A stretch of 64,000 nt of DNA from Balamuthia mandrillaris. Taxonomy: Eukaryota. Within the stretch, counting starts at the first letter, position 1, and the number at the start of each line of letters is the position of its first letter. The DNA lies in contig JAVKOQ020000037.1 of assembly GCA_031835245.2 (NCBI GenBank), positions 62,001 through 126,000 of the forward strand, read 5' to 3'. The translations under genes and the position numbers were made by a program. Shown piece by piece: positions 22,064 through 40,419 of this stretch. Below the pieces are notes generated by a model that saw nothing but the letters and a program-made list of their open reading frames with translations, was not told the DNA's origin and searched no databases.

Positions 22064-22124
22064 CTGGGCGGGAGGGCAGGGCAGACAACAAACGGGACCC
22101 ACCCCGTAGAACCCAGCTTGGCAG
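22064..22124 (-). pseudogene. Inverted fragment of the Cys-rich gene family
   Basis: Reverse complement matches 21292-21324 at 32/33 and 21622-21667 at 40/46. Confidence 0.8.
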
Positions 22125-22377
22125 CACGTCGTTGGTCATGCGCAAGCACGCTGCCAACCACCAACCCAAAAGCAGGGGTTAGCTAATTGCTCGTTCTTAA
22201 TATAGAGAGGCCATTAATATAGAGCCGAAAAGAGGGCTTTTTTCCTTCCACTTTTCTCGTGCCTCTCAACCCCGAGTTACCCACCACTCCTCCTTTTTGT
22301 TTCCCTTCACTCCACCGACTTAAGCCAAGAAGGAAACTTTACGTGACCAAACCGTTGCACCCACCACCACGTTCGTT

Positions 22378-23253
22378 ATGCAACCAGCTAAGCGCCCTCT
22401 GCTCTATGTCGCGGCGACGTTGCTGCTGGCGCTGCTCTGCGCCTCGCACGCGGCCGCCGACAACGCGCCAGCCTGCTACAAGAAAACCTCCACCAGAGGG
22501 GTGGGCACCATCCCCAACAGCTGCCCCGCGGGCCACGAGCTCCAAGGCCTCCTGTGCTATCCCCTCTGCCAAGACGGGTTCTACGGGGTGGGTCCCGTGT
22601 GCTGGCAAGCCTGCCCAGCGGACAAGTACACCGACACGGGGGCCTTCTGCCAGCCCAAGACCCAGTGGGGGGACAGCTCCGCCTGCCCTTGGTACGACAA
22701 GTGCGGCCTAACCTTCAGCAAGGGCTGCGTGCGTTGTCCCAGCGGCATGGAGGCCCAAGGCTGCGTCTGCCACTTCCCTGGCACCTCCCTCTTCGCCAAG
22801 AAGACCTACGGCAGGGGCGCTGGCACGCCCATGGTCTGCCCGGCCGGCAAGGAGAACGACGCGGGGCTGTGCTATCCTCCCTGCCCAGCCAAGACCTACG
22901 GGGTGGGTCCCGTTTGCTGGCAGCACTGCCCCGCCGCCCAGCCCTTCTCCTGCGCGGTGGCCTGCACCAAGGACCAGTCCACCTGCTCTGGCAACATTGC
23001 TGAGTTCTCGGCCACCATCCTGCAGTTGATCGTGAAGCTGGTGACCTGCGTGGCCTCCGAAGGAGGAGAGTGCAAAGACATTGCTGAGGCCATTGCCAAG
23101 CTGATCGAGAAGTTGGGCTTGCCGTTGTGCGAGATGCCGGAGCTGCTGGCAGAGATTATGGAAGGCGTGGATCGCAACGTCGTGGCGGAGGTCAACCAGT
23201 ACCTGCCGGAGGTGCTGAAGCTGCCCATTCCTCAACATGGCCTTAACTTTTAA
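22378..23253 (+). CDS. Intronless Cys-rich secreted repeat protein, copy B (tandem paralog)
   Basis: 291-aa ORF, near-identical to copy A through the Cys-rich core. Confidence 0.9.
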   Translation: MQPAKRPLLYVAATLLLALLCASHAAADNAPACYKKTSTRGVGTIPNSCPAGHELQGLLCYPLCQDGFYGVGPVCWQACPADKYTDTGAFCQPKTQWGDSSACPWYDKCGLTFSKGCVRCPSGMEAQGCVCHFPGTSLFAKKTYGRGAGTPMVCPAGKENDAGLCYPPCPAKTYGVGPVCWQHCPAAQPFSCAVACTKDQSTCSGNIAEFSATILQLIVKLVTCVASEGGECKDIAEAIAKLIEKLGLPLCEMPELLAEIMEGVDRNVVAEVNQYLPEVLKLPIPQHGLNF

Positions 23254-23348
23254 GAAAAAGAATGGAAGGGTGTTGTGCAAATACAACCAGCGAAAAGCGA
23301 GTAACAGTAATAATAAATAAGTCATTGTTGTGTTTTAAACAAAGCAAG

Positions 23349-24112
23349 TTAGTCATCATGTTCCAGTTGGGAAGGAATGCCAAACGATACGAATAGACCA
23401 GCAAGAGATACGGCGCTTACGACCAAGAAAACAAAGTGGTAATCAAAGGGAAAGGGGAGTCCATTGGTGAGACTCCACGCTAAGAGGTTACTGCCTATCA
23501 CCGGTCCCACCGCTTTCAACAATCCGGCCAATGTAAAGGCCAGTCCATTGACCTACAGAGAGAAAGAGGGTCAGCTGAGGCAGAAAAGAAGAGAGAACGA
23601 GAAAAGCAGAGAACGAGAGAAGACCACGCAAAGAAGCAGAGAGCAGCAAAGTAGAAAAGTGGAGAAGAGGGATAGATACCTTGCCAGTACATTCTTTGGC
23701 AGAAAGGTTTACGAAAATATTACTAGAGGTGAAGCACATAGTGCTCGCACAGTTACGAAGGATGACCAACCCCGCCAAATAGAAAAAGACAAATGGGTTG
23801 TGATCGTCATCCACGCCTGAAGAAGCATTGTCTCCTTCAATTAGGTGCAGGAATAGCTTGGCCATTGGGAAGAGGGGAATTATGAGAGAGCCACCGATGA
23901 GCCCAACACGCATGACAGGAAGGACACCGAATCTCCCTGTCAAGCGTGTGTAAAGGAAGAGCTGAAAGATGATCAACGCGATACCGCCGAAAAGAAGAAC
24001 TGTGCCGTTTTGGGAGGAATCAAAGCTGAGACCTCCAGAATCTCTATCAGCTAATGCCCATAGGGGCAAAACCTTTGAAATAAAAACAAGTTAAAAAAGA
24101 GGAACAGAGAGA

Positions 24113-24181
<69 letters not shown>

Positions 24182-26054
24182 AAACAACAAGAGATTACAA
24201 CGTACCTCATCGAAGGTAATATACACCATGCATATGAGCATGTACACTCCTATGGCGGAGATGACAACAGAGTACTTGCGGATGGCAGAGGCCAATAGGC
24301 AAAGTGGACGGCACAAGGGGCCATGTCTACTGAAGCCGTACTCCTGCAATAGGGCGTTGTCTTCAATTGAGGAAGGATCCGAAGGGGAGAACTTTTGGCT
24401 GGACCACCGCCATCGTGGAGGAAAAGAGAGACAGCAGTCAGTGTTTCCGTCTTCCTCAATCTCTTTCACTTTTACCCGTTTTTGTGCCTTCTCCTCTTCA
24501 TCTTCTACTTCTCCTTCGTTGCTCTCCTCACCCTCTTCCAGCAACGTATTGGTTTCGTTTTGTTCGTTGTCTCCCGTCCCATCTTTTGATTTCTCTTCAG
24601 TAACTTCTTCTGCCTGCCCTGACTTTCAAGCTCGTCTAACTCTATTTCGGAGGTTTGCAATGCAACCTCCGTTGAGGGGACGTTCCGTCGCAAAGACTCG
24701 GGAAGAAAAAGAAGACAGACGATCAGACCAGTCAACGTAAGACCAGCGTTGATAAGACAGGGCAGAAGGTAAGGAAATTTGCCAAATAGCCCTTCGGGAG
24801 AGAACAAGTACGGATACTTGGTGGCCGGTTGAGAAGTTAAGCCACCTATTGCTGGTCCCACTGGTTTTCGGTACATGAGATGAAAGATAAGTGGCGCAAA
24901 TACTAGCGAGGAAGAACAAGAATAAGAAAGTGTTACGTACAAATACAACCAACGCCATACATCATTCCAAAGAAGGAGAAGCAGCGAGAACGATTTGTGT
25001 GATCGGAGATATCGCCCAGGTATGACTTGGCAGTGGGCACGTTTGCTGCATTACAAATAGAGGAAAGACCACAAAGAGTCGTTGGGTTAGCATTCCGACA
25101 CCAAGAAAGAAAAAAGAAGGAAAGAAGAAAGAAAGAAAGTATAAGAGTCACTCCCAAAAACAAAAAGAAAATGGTAAAGCACTGCATTACCATTGATGAG
25201 ACCAGCGAATGCCCGAGCGACAAGAGCCCACCAGTAACTAAAGCTAAAGCCAAACATGGTGGTGGCCACGACGCTCCCCAACAAACCTATCAACAAGACT
25301 GGTCGTCTGCCCCATTTGTCCGCTGCTATTCCCCATAGAAAACTATTTAAAACGAAAACAACAAAGGGTCATTGGGTTGGCTTAGCATTTCAACACCAAC
25401 AAAGAATAAAAAGAAGAAAGAAGGAAAAGGAAAGAAGGAAGAGGAAAGAAGGAAGAAAGCTTCAGATTTAAAAAGCTCGAATGTTTGTTTTTCAACAACA
25501 GTATGTTCAGCGTTGGATCTCAGTTGTATCATCAACAGCCCATAATAGTATAAGATAGAAAGAAAGAAAGAAGGGAGAAGGAAGACGGGAGACGCAAGAA
25601 GGAAGAAGGGAGGAAGCAAGAAGAAAGGAGAAAGAAAGCGTACCCGCTGCAAAACTGAGCCAAAAAGTAAGCACTAAACGGACCCAAAAGAAATAGAGAG
25701 AGAGGGCGTTTGATGAGAAGATAAAAATAAAATGAATGGAAATGGGGTCCAATCGAAACACAAACCTCGCCAAGTAGCCAGCATAGTATCCCACTTCCGC
25801 TTTGGTGGGAGCCACACCGAGGTCCGCCACCTTTTATGTTTGTTATTTCAAACAAAGCTCCGAAAGGTGTTAAAAAAAAAACAAACCATAAATCCAACAA
25901 AGGGAAAAAGGATGGTCTCCGTGATGCTTTGAGCGCCGATGACGACGCAGATGCCCCCCACCTTGCGCCACGGCAGAGGGGTGGCCGGTCCCTTGTTGTT
26001 GTGGGAGGAGCCTAGGATGGCATCCCCGACGCAGGTCCAGCTCAGTCGCCCCAT
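23349..26054 (-). CDS. MFS transporter (ZIFL/DHA1-like)
   Basis: LFPFVGFM|VADLG, YYAGYLAS, WGIAADKWGRRPVLL (motif A), ARAFAGLINGN, GPAIGGL, PYLLPCL; multiple TM exons. Confidence 0.92.
25458..25540 (-). ncRNA. Intronic box C/D snoRNA with two 18S rRNA guides
   Basis: Box C UGAUGA (25534-25529), D' CUGA (25510-25507), D CUGA (25465-25462), short terminal stem. Guides CGAGCUUUUUAA and AGAUCCAAC complement the conserved SSU tract UUAAAAAGCUCGUAGUUGGAUCU. Confidence 0.9.
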
Positions 26055-26432
26055 ATGGAGGAGGAGACGAAGAAGAAGTGAGTGGAGGAACCGCAGGCAA
26101 CAACCAATTCAGCCAGCTTTTTTTTTTGGTTTGGCACAAAAAGAAAGGGAGCAAGAAAAAAAGCTCGAAAGAGTTTTCAACGTTGCCGCTGTAAGGGGCT
26201 TTCGTTTATGAATGATGACTTCTTCTTTGCCTTCTTCTTTCTTCCACCTTAAAATCTTAAGGTAATTCCCCGAGGCCATTTTCTCACGACGACGCGAACA
26301 GATTTTAAGGCGTACATATCTGAAATTCCTCCTACCTTGATTTGCATTCCATGCGTTCCTTGCATTCTGTGCTAATAGCTTGCGTTCCAGAAATTCCTAG
26401 AATTCCGAGGAGTAACGCAGGACGAAAGCAGG

Positions 26433-27623
26433 ATGGAGAGCTTGCCGATAGAATTGGTGGGCTATGCCTTGGACATGCTTCCCAAAGGCATGAAAGCCAT
26501 CGCCGCAAGGGCCTGCAAGCGTTGGTTCCATGCTTGCATTCCTGCCGATCAGAGAGGCCGGCTCAGCATCAGGGAGGCGTGCGGCAGCCTGACCTTGTTG
26601 AAGTGGGCGGCGGAGGAAGGTTGCCCCTTGGACGAGAAGACCTTCCTGGCGGCGGTCCGACAAGGGAACTTGGCGGTGTTGCAGTGGCTACGGCAGCAAG
26701 GACTCTGCTTCCGCTCTGAACTTGCTCATACAGCCGCTAACCGAGGTCACTTGGAAGCGCTGAAGTGGCTTCTTGAGGAAGGCTGTCCCTGGAACCAGCA
26801 GAGCATCTGCAACGCAACAGCTCGAGGTGGACAGTTGGAAACGCTCAAGTGGTTGCGCCTGGAGAAAGGATGTGCTTGGGATAAGCACACTTGTGCATTT
26901 GCTGCGTTGAACGGACACTTGGCCTTTTTGCAGTGGACCCATGGAGCTGGCTGCCCTTGGGGTGAATCGACGTGCAGCTTCGCGGCGGCAGGAGGACACT
27001 TGGCAGTGCTGAAATGGGCCAGAGAGAATGGATGCCCGTGGGACAGCTTGACATGCACCAACGCGGCACAGAACGGACACTTGGAAGTGCTGAAATGGGC
27101 CAGAGAAAATGGTTGTGAGTGGAACAGCTACACCTCTGCCTGGGCAGCACGGGGTGGACATTTGGAGGTGTTGAAATGGGCCAAAGAGAATGGTTGCGAG
27201 TGTACAGAAACGGTGTGCAGCAATGCAGCCCAGTTGGACCGACTGGACGTCTTGGAATGGGCCGTGGCAAACGGCTGCCCTCTACGCAGTGATGCCTGCG
27301 TCATTGCAGCACGAAGAGGAGACTTGAAGATGCTAAAGTGGCTTCGTGCGAACGGCTGTCCTTGGGACCTATACGTCTGCCAAGCTGCTGCATTTCACGG
27401 GCATCTGGAGGCGTTGCAATGGGCACACGAGCACGGGTGTGAGTGGAACAAGTGGACATGTGAGGCAGCAGCCGAGAATGGACACCTGGCCGTGTTGCAA
27501 TGGGCCAGAGAGCACGGATGCCCTTGGGATGAAAGCGTGTGCCGGAGAGCAGCCAACAACGGTCATATGGAAGTGGTGGAATGGGCAAGAGCAAATGGGT
27601 GCCCCAAAAGCAGCACTTCCTAA
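26433..27623 (+). CDS. Intronless ankyrin-repeat protein of the GHLEVLKWARENGCPW type with F-box-like N-terminus
   Basis: 396-aa ORF of repeated AA..GHL..L.WA...GC.W units; starts MESLPIELV. Confidence 0.92.
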   Translation: MESLPIELVGYALDMLPKGMKAIAARACKRWFHACIPADQRGRLSIREACGSLTLLKWAAEEGCPLDEKTFLAAVRQGNLAVLQWLRQQGLCFRSELAHTAANRGHLEALKWLLEEGCPWNQQSICNATARGGQLETLKWLRLEKGCAWDKHTCAFAALNGHLAFLQWTHGAGCPWGESTCSFAAAGGHLAVLKWARENGCPWDSLTCTNAAQNGHLEVLKWARENGCEWNSYTSAWAARGGHLEVLKWAKENGCECTETVCSNAAQLDRLDVLEWAVANGCPLRSDACVIAARRGDLKMLKWLRANGCPWDLYVCQAAAFHGHLEALQWAHEHGCEWNKWTCEAAAENGHLAVLQWAREHGCPWDESVCRRAANNGHMEVVEWARANGCPKSSTS

Positions 27624-27698
27624 GAGCGGTAAACTTAACCAAGAGAGGGAGAAGAAGAAAGGCCTTTGTAAGTACCTCTCTATTATTTGGTTTTTTTT

Positions 27699-29783
27699 TT
27701 ACAAATCTTGGTCGTTATTGTCGTTGGAAGACATATCCATCTGCTCCACCATTTCCTGTACATGCTTTCTCGTGATTCCGTTTTTCTGCTGTATGACAAG
27801 TTCGTGTTCCACCGGGATCGCTTCTGCATTCGTGTTCGTGTTACTGTTGAAGCCTGCAATCTCAGAACCGCTTCGGCTTCCACTTCCGCTGCTGGCGGAG
27901 GACAAGACCTCAACCCAGGGCCTTCGTCCCACAGGCCTCGTGTGGAGGCGAACTTTTAAGCCGATAGTATCCTCGCTGTAACAGGGCAAGGAGGTGGAGA
28001 GACGACCCAGGAAGATGAGAGACTTGTCCTTTTCTCTTCCTTCCTTGTTCCAGGTCTTGACCACTTTCTTAAAGTCCTCCTCTTTTAGCTCCACCCAAAC
28101 GCCCCACGCGAATTGTTGATTCTCTGGAACGAGGGAAGTTGAAGATGATGGAGAAGGAACAGGAGACGGAGAGGATGAGGTGACGAGATGGGCTGAAACC
28201 ACGGTGCGTGGGCTCTCTTGAGGCAGTTGTTGAATGGCCAGCTCGATCAATCCTCGTACGTAATACCGAGTTATACTCTCTGTCTCGTTTGCTGTTGATT
28301 GCGGTTGCTGCTCTTGAGAAGAGGGAGAGGTGGAGGAAGCAGGCGAAGAACCGGGATTCTGTTGCAGCAACTTCTTGTCCTGTTGCTCAAAGAATGAGAG
28401 GGGAGCAGTGATAGTGCACAAGTCCAATGAAAGTCGACAATCCTTCTTCAAGTCCTTGTCCAAATGGTTCCAAAGAGCAGGAGCCTTGGCGTGAAAGTTT
28501 GTGGGAATATCAGCGCTCTCCTCCCCACAGGATGGACAGCTAAACTTTTTGGCGGCGTTGTTGACTTTGTCGTCAGAGTTGTTTATTCCTCTTTCACTGG
28601 TGGAGTCGCTCTTTTCGTCGTCGCTGTCGTCAGAGTCACCAATGATGAGACCAAAGCCAGCAGCCGGCGCCTCTTCTTCTTTTTGCTTGTGCTTTTCTTT
28701 CTTCTTGTTCTTTTGTTCTCGTTCCATAAGGTCTGTTTAAAATGTTTGTTTGTTTTTTGAGTTTAGAGCAGCAAGAGAGAGAGAGAGAGAGAGAGAGAAC
28801 AACCTTCAGCAAGGTAGCTGATGATCTCCTCCACGCCGGTGCTCTTTGCCAACTCCATGGCGCTGCCTGCATCGGAGGTAATGGTTTGATCAGAGCCAAG
28901 TCCCAACAGCAGTCGCACCATTTCCGGTCTGGCAGAGCGAATGGCTCCTATCAAACTCGTTTCGCCGTATCTTGTTTATGATAGTATAAGAAGGAAGAAG
29001 GAGCAGAAAACAAAGAAGAGGAATAAGAAAGAGAACCTGTTCTGCAGGTTTACGTCTGCGCCAAGGTGATGCAAGAAGATGGCGCTCTGCTCTCTGCCTT
29101 TAATGGAGGCGTGGTGCAGCGGACTTTCGCCATGTCTGTTTTGGGCGTTGACCGTTTTCTTTGTGATTTGCGACTTCTTCTCCCGGTCCGTCTCTCCCGT
29201 CGGGTTTGCCATTCTCTCCAACGCCTTTTGTCGCGCAACAGTTAGAGAGAGCAGAAGCAAAAGAACAGAGAGAGGAAGAAAGAGAGAACGAGGGAACAAG
29301 AGAGCAGAGAAGAAAAGAGAAAAGAGAGCAAGAAGAAAGAGAAAAGAGATGAAGAAGAACTAGAAGAACAAGAACAAGGACAAGAAGAAGTAGGATAAGG
29401 AGCGTAACCCTATGAAACTCAAGCGGGTCATTAGGTTCCATCCTCACAAAATAGTGCAAGGGGGAGGAGCCGTCGTTGGTCTTTGCCTGCGGGTCCGCCC
29501 CCCGGTCCAGCAGGTAGGTGCAGATCTTGATGTGCTGTGCGGTGAGCCCGCTGGCCGCCGCGTGCAAGGGCGTCCAGTTGTTCTTGTCCCTGGCCTCCAC
29601 GTTGGCCTTGCAGCGCTCCACCATGTACTTGACGAGCGGCAAGTGGCCCTCGAAGCAGGCGATGTGCAGCGGGGTTTGCTCGTAGTCGTCCTTCTGGTCG
29701 ATCGCGTTCTTGCCCATCTTGCGGATGACTTTCTTGAGCTCCTTCGGATCTCCCTTCTTTGCTGCCGCGTGAAGAGCGCTCAT
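27699..29783 (-). CDS. Ankyrin-repeat protein fused to a C-terminal DUF2199-like domain
   Basis: TPLHIAC, TPLHAAA, SPLH repeats. Splice YLAE|DLMERE joins in frame to the exon with FSCPSCGE, YYVRGLIEL, FAWGVWVEL, GRLSTSLP, VRLHTRPVGRRP. Confidence 0.82.
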
Positions 29784-29963
29784 CTTTGGTCCTTTTTCTT
29801 TTCTTTTCTTTTCTTTTCTTTTCTTTTCTTTTCTTTTCTTTTCTTTTTTATTTTATTTTATTTTATTTTTTCATTGGGATGAATTACTGTCGACAAAACG
29901 GAAAAAATTTATTTAAATTAATAAAAAGTTATTTTAAGTTTTATAAAAAAAATAACGAAAAAG

Positions 29964-37340
<7,377 letters not shown>

Positions 37341-37744
37341 CTTTTTCTTTCGCTACTCTTTTTTTATTTTTTTTTTTCGACAACCGAACGTTCTTGAAAT
37401 TTCGGAACAAAAAAAAAGAACGAAAAATTTCTTGGAATATTTTAATAGATCTATAAAATTGGTCGACATATCTTTGATTTTTGATTGGTAAATGACGGTA
37501 AAGAAATGGCAAGGAAGCAAAGGCAGCGAAAAAAGTCCCGTCGCTTCTCTGCTACTTTTAGCCGAGGAATTTAGGACAACGGCCAAACCAAACCATTGCG
37601 CGTTGGTGCAAAGTACATGATCATCGAAAAGGAAGAAAAAAGAAAGAACGAAAAGGAAGAAAGAATAAAGAAGAAACTGCAGCAAACAAAAGAATAACGA
37701 AAGACTAAGCGTGTGTGTGCGTTTTGTTTTTTGTTTTTTTGGGA

Positions 37745-38808
37745 ATGGATTGCTTGGTGTTATTGCAGGCGTTGAAGAAGTTGCCGGAGCGCGAAGATGG
37801 CGAGGCTCCGCAGCTGCAAGTTTCTGTTGGGTTCGCGGCATGCGGCACGGTGATCAACATCCATCAGGACTATTGCAGCGACGTTTGGGGTCAAGTCTGG
37901 AAGGCGGTAAGAGTTTCTCCTGATGGCCCATGTCACTGGAGTCTGCTATAATAAAACAAACAACCACAAAAGGGAGTAGCCATGATGAACTACGTGCAAC
38001 ATTTGGGCGCCGACGGCTTTTGGAAAGGAAAGAAAGTCTTGGTGAAGCATCCTATTCTCTCTCTCTCTCTCTCTCTCTCTCTGTTAGTTCTTTCTGACAT
38101 TTGGCGTGTGTGGTGAAGGACTTGGGTTCCGGGACGGGGCTGCTCGGCATCGCCCTCTCCCTCTTAGGTAATGACTTCACTTGCCATTGTTCTTGTTTCG
38201 TTTGTGGGGAAGGAGAGGAGTTGAATAGGTTATTCAATTGTGCTTTGTTGTTGCTGGTGGCTCTTTCTTATCCTTTTTGGAAAAAAATATGTGTTTTGCA
38301 GGAGCACATGTGATGGTGACGGATGTGGCCTCCGCGTTGGACCAGCTTCGGTTGAATGTTCGGGCCAACACCGACCCCTCCAAGCACAAGATTGTGGTTC
38401 GTGAGTTGGATTGGTTGGTTGCTTCTTCTTTTGCTTCTATTCTGTTGGCTTTCTTTCTTCACTCCTCTCGTACTCTACTTCTCTGCTTTGCTCTTCTCTC
38501 GTTCTCTTCTCTGACTTTGGTAGCAACTCGTTTACAAACTGCTTTTTGTTTTCTGATCGGTAGGTATGTGGAGGTACCACAGGACTTGAAAAGAACCCGA
38601 TGGGACTTTGTCCTCGCCACCGACGTCATCTACAATCCGATTCACTTTGAGGCCCTAATGGCCACCTTGGAACAGGTCTGCAATCCTACCAACACCCTCT
38701 TGTTGGGCTACGAGAAACGGCCACACACCGCCCGCTTCTTTGAGCTTCTTTACAGCGCCTTTCAAGAAAAGATAAAGGTATCTTTTTCTTCTCTGTTTCT
38801 CTACTTTG

Positions 38809-38850
<42 letters not shown>

Positions 38851-39092
38851 CTTGATAATAATTTAAACCAATGATACACAAGGTACCATACGAGCAGTTT
38901 TGTAAACCCGAAGAACAAAATGACATGCGAAGGGTGGCACTCTTTCATTTTCAAAAGCTTCCAGTGGACCTGGTTGTTCCCAACTACCGTCAAACCCAAG
39001 AGATCTACGACCTAACCAACAGCAGCAGCGATCCTTCTCACATTCCTCTCTACTGGTCCATCACTAGAGAAGCCGATTGGTCTTCCACCTGA
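37745..39092 (+). CDS. METTL21/EFM-family lysine methyltransferase
   Basis: WGQVWKA, KKVL|DLGSGTGLLGI, VMVTD, WDFVLATDVIY. Start codon uncertain. Confidence 0.85.
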
Positions 39093-39347
39093 CTACCTCT
39101 CGCTATGTCTGTTGAATCTCCATCTTATTTCTCAGCTACCTATGTTCGTTACAACATAGGTAGTTGTTTTCTCGTCAACGACAGACTTTTCTCTTTGACT
39201 CATTACACAACGAAAGGACGGAAAGCAACAAAGTAGAAAGAAGAACGAAGTAGAAGTTTATAGATGTTATGATGGAAAGAAGAAGCATGCTATGACGATG
39301 ACCACCAAGCTGAGAACACCGACAAAACGAGAGCAGTGCTGCTGTGT

Positions 39348-39846
39348 TTAATTGTAACCGTTGTGACCGCCGCCATGGTGACCATTGTCGCAGTGATGAC
39401 CGCCGCCATTTGGACGAACAAAGGTATCAATGTCGGTGAGATCGAGCATGCCCTGCAAGTCCTGGAAGATGGTCACGATGGAGAGGAGCCTCATCTTGTC
39501 TTCGGTCTTTATAGCCGCCGTGACTCTCCAGTTGGTTCCTGCCACTATCTATTTTTTTTGTATGTTTGTTCATCGTCCTTAGAAGGATGAAAAGAGCAAG
39601 AGCAAGAGAGCAACTGCAACCCACCTGACGTTCAATGAGGAGGATCTTGATGTACTTGATGTCGCCGTCCACGTCATCTTCAATGGCGTCCACGGCAAAC
39701 TCGATCACAGCTTCAACCTCTGGCGTATCCCATTCGGAACGCGGCACTATCTGGAAGCCACCTGGCATGCCATTCTGGGCCTGAGCAAAGGCGAACACCG
39801 CCACCAAGCAGGCAGTGAGCAGCATCAACGAAGTCTGCTTTTGCAT
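39348..39846 (-). CDS. Secreted cystatin-like protease inhibitor
   Basis: Signal peptide, N-terminal MPGG, and Q|IVAG motif formed across the single intron. Confidence 0.8.
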
Positions 39847-40419
39847 TGTTGTTGAGTGATAGTAAATGTTGTTCTGTTGTTTGTCTTGTTTGGTTAATGA
39901 GAACATTGGAAAAGGGCAACAAAGATAATATTTTATAATGATATGCGTTGGTCGAAGGAAAAATGAAGGAAGAATGAGATGTAGGCCACGGAAGCTGCTT
40001 CTGGGGAGGTCGTAGAAAAACCAGAACGACAGCGGGGCAAAAGGAACTTCTGGAAACTAGCCGTCGAATGCCTGTTTGTTACACGATATGATATTCCCAC
40101 TTTCGTTGGGAAACCCAAAGCCGATTCGGACGAAGAATGCGTTCATCTGCCGTTTAAATCAAATCAACCAATGGGACACGCTTTTTTTCCGAGATGTCTG
40201 ATTTTCTATTGGACCATTGGTTCAACATAATAGTAATTTGGATGATGATATGAGGTTGAATGATTTATCAATACAAAAATGTTTTTATCAGGACGACATG
40301 AAAGCAAAATAATTAGAAAATTTTCCAGGAAAACAGTTCGACAAAAAACAAAAAACAAACCAACTGATAAAAAACAGTAGCAAGCGGCCGATCAGTGGCT
40401 CTCACCAGGCACACGCACA

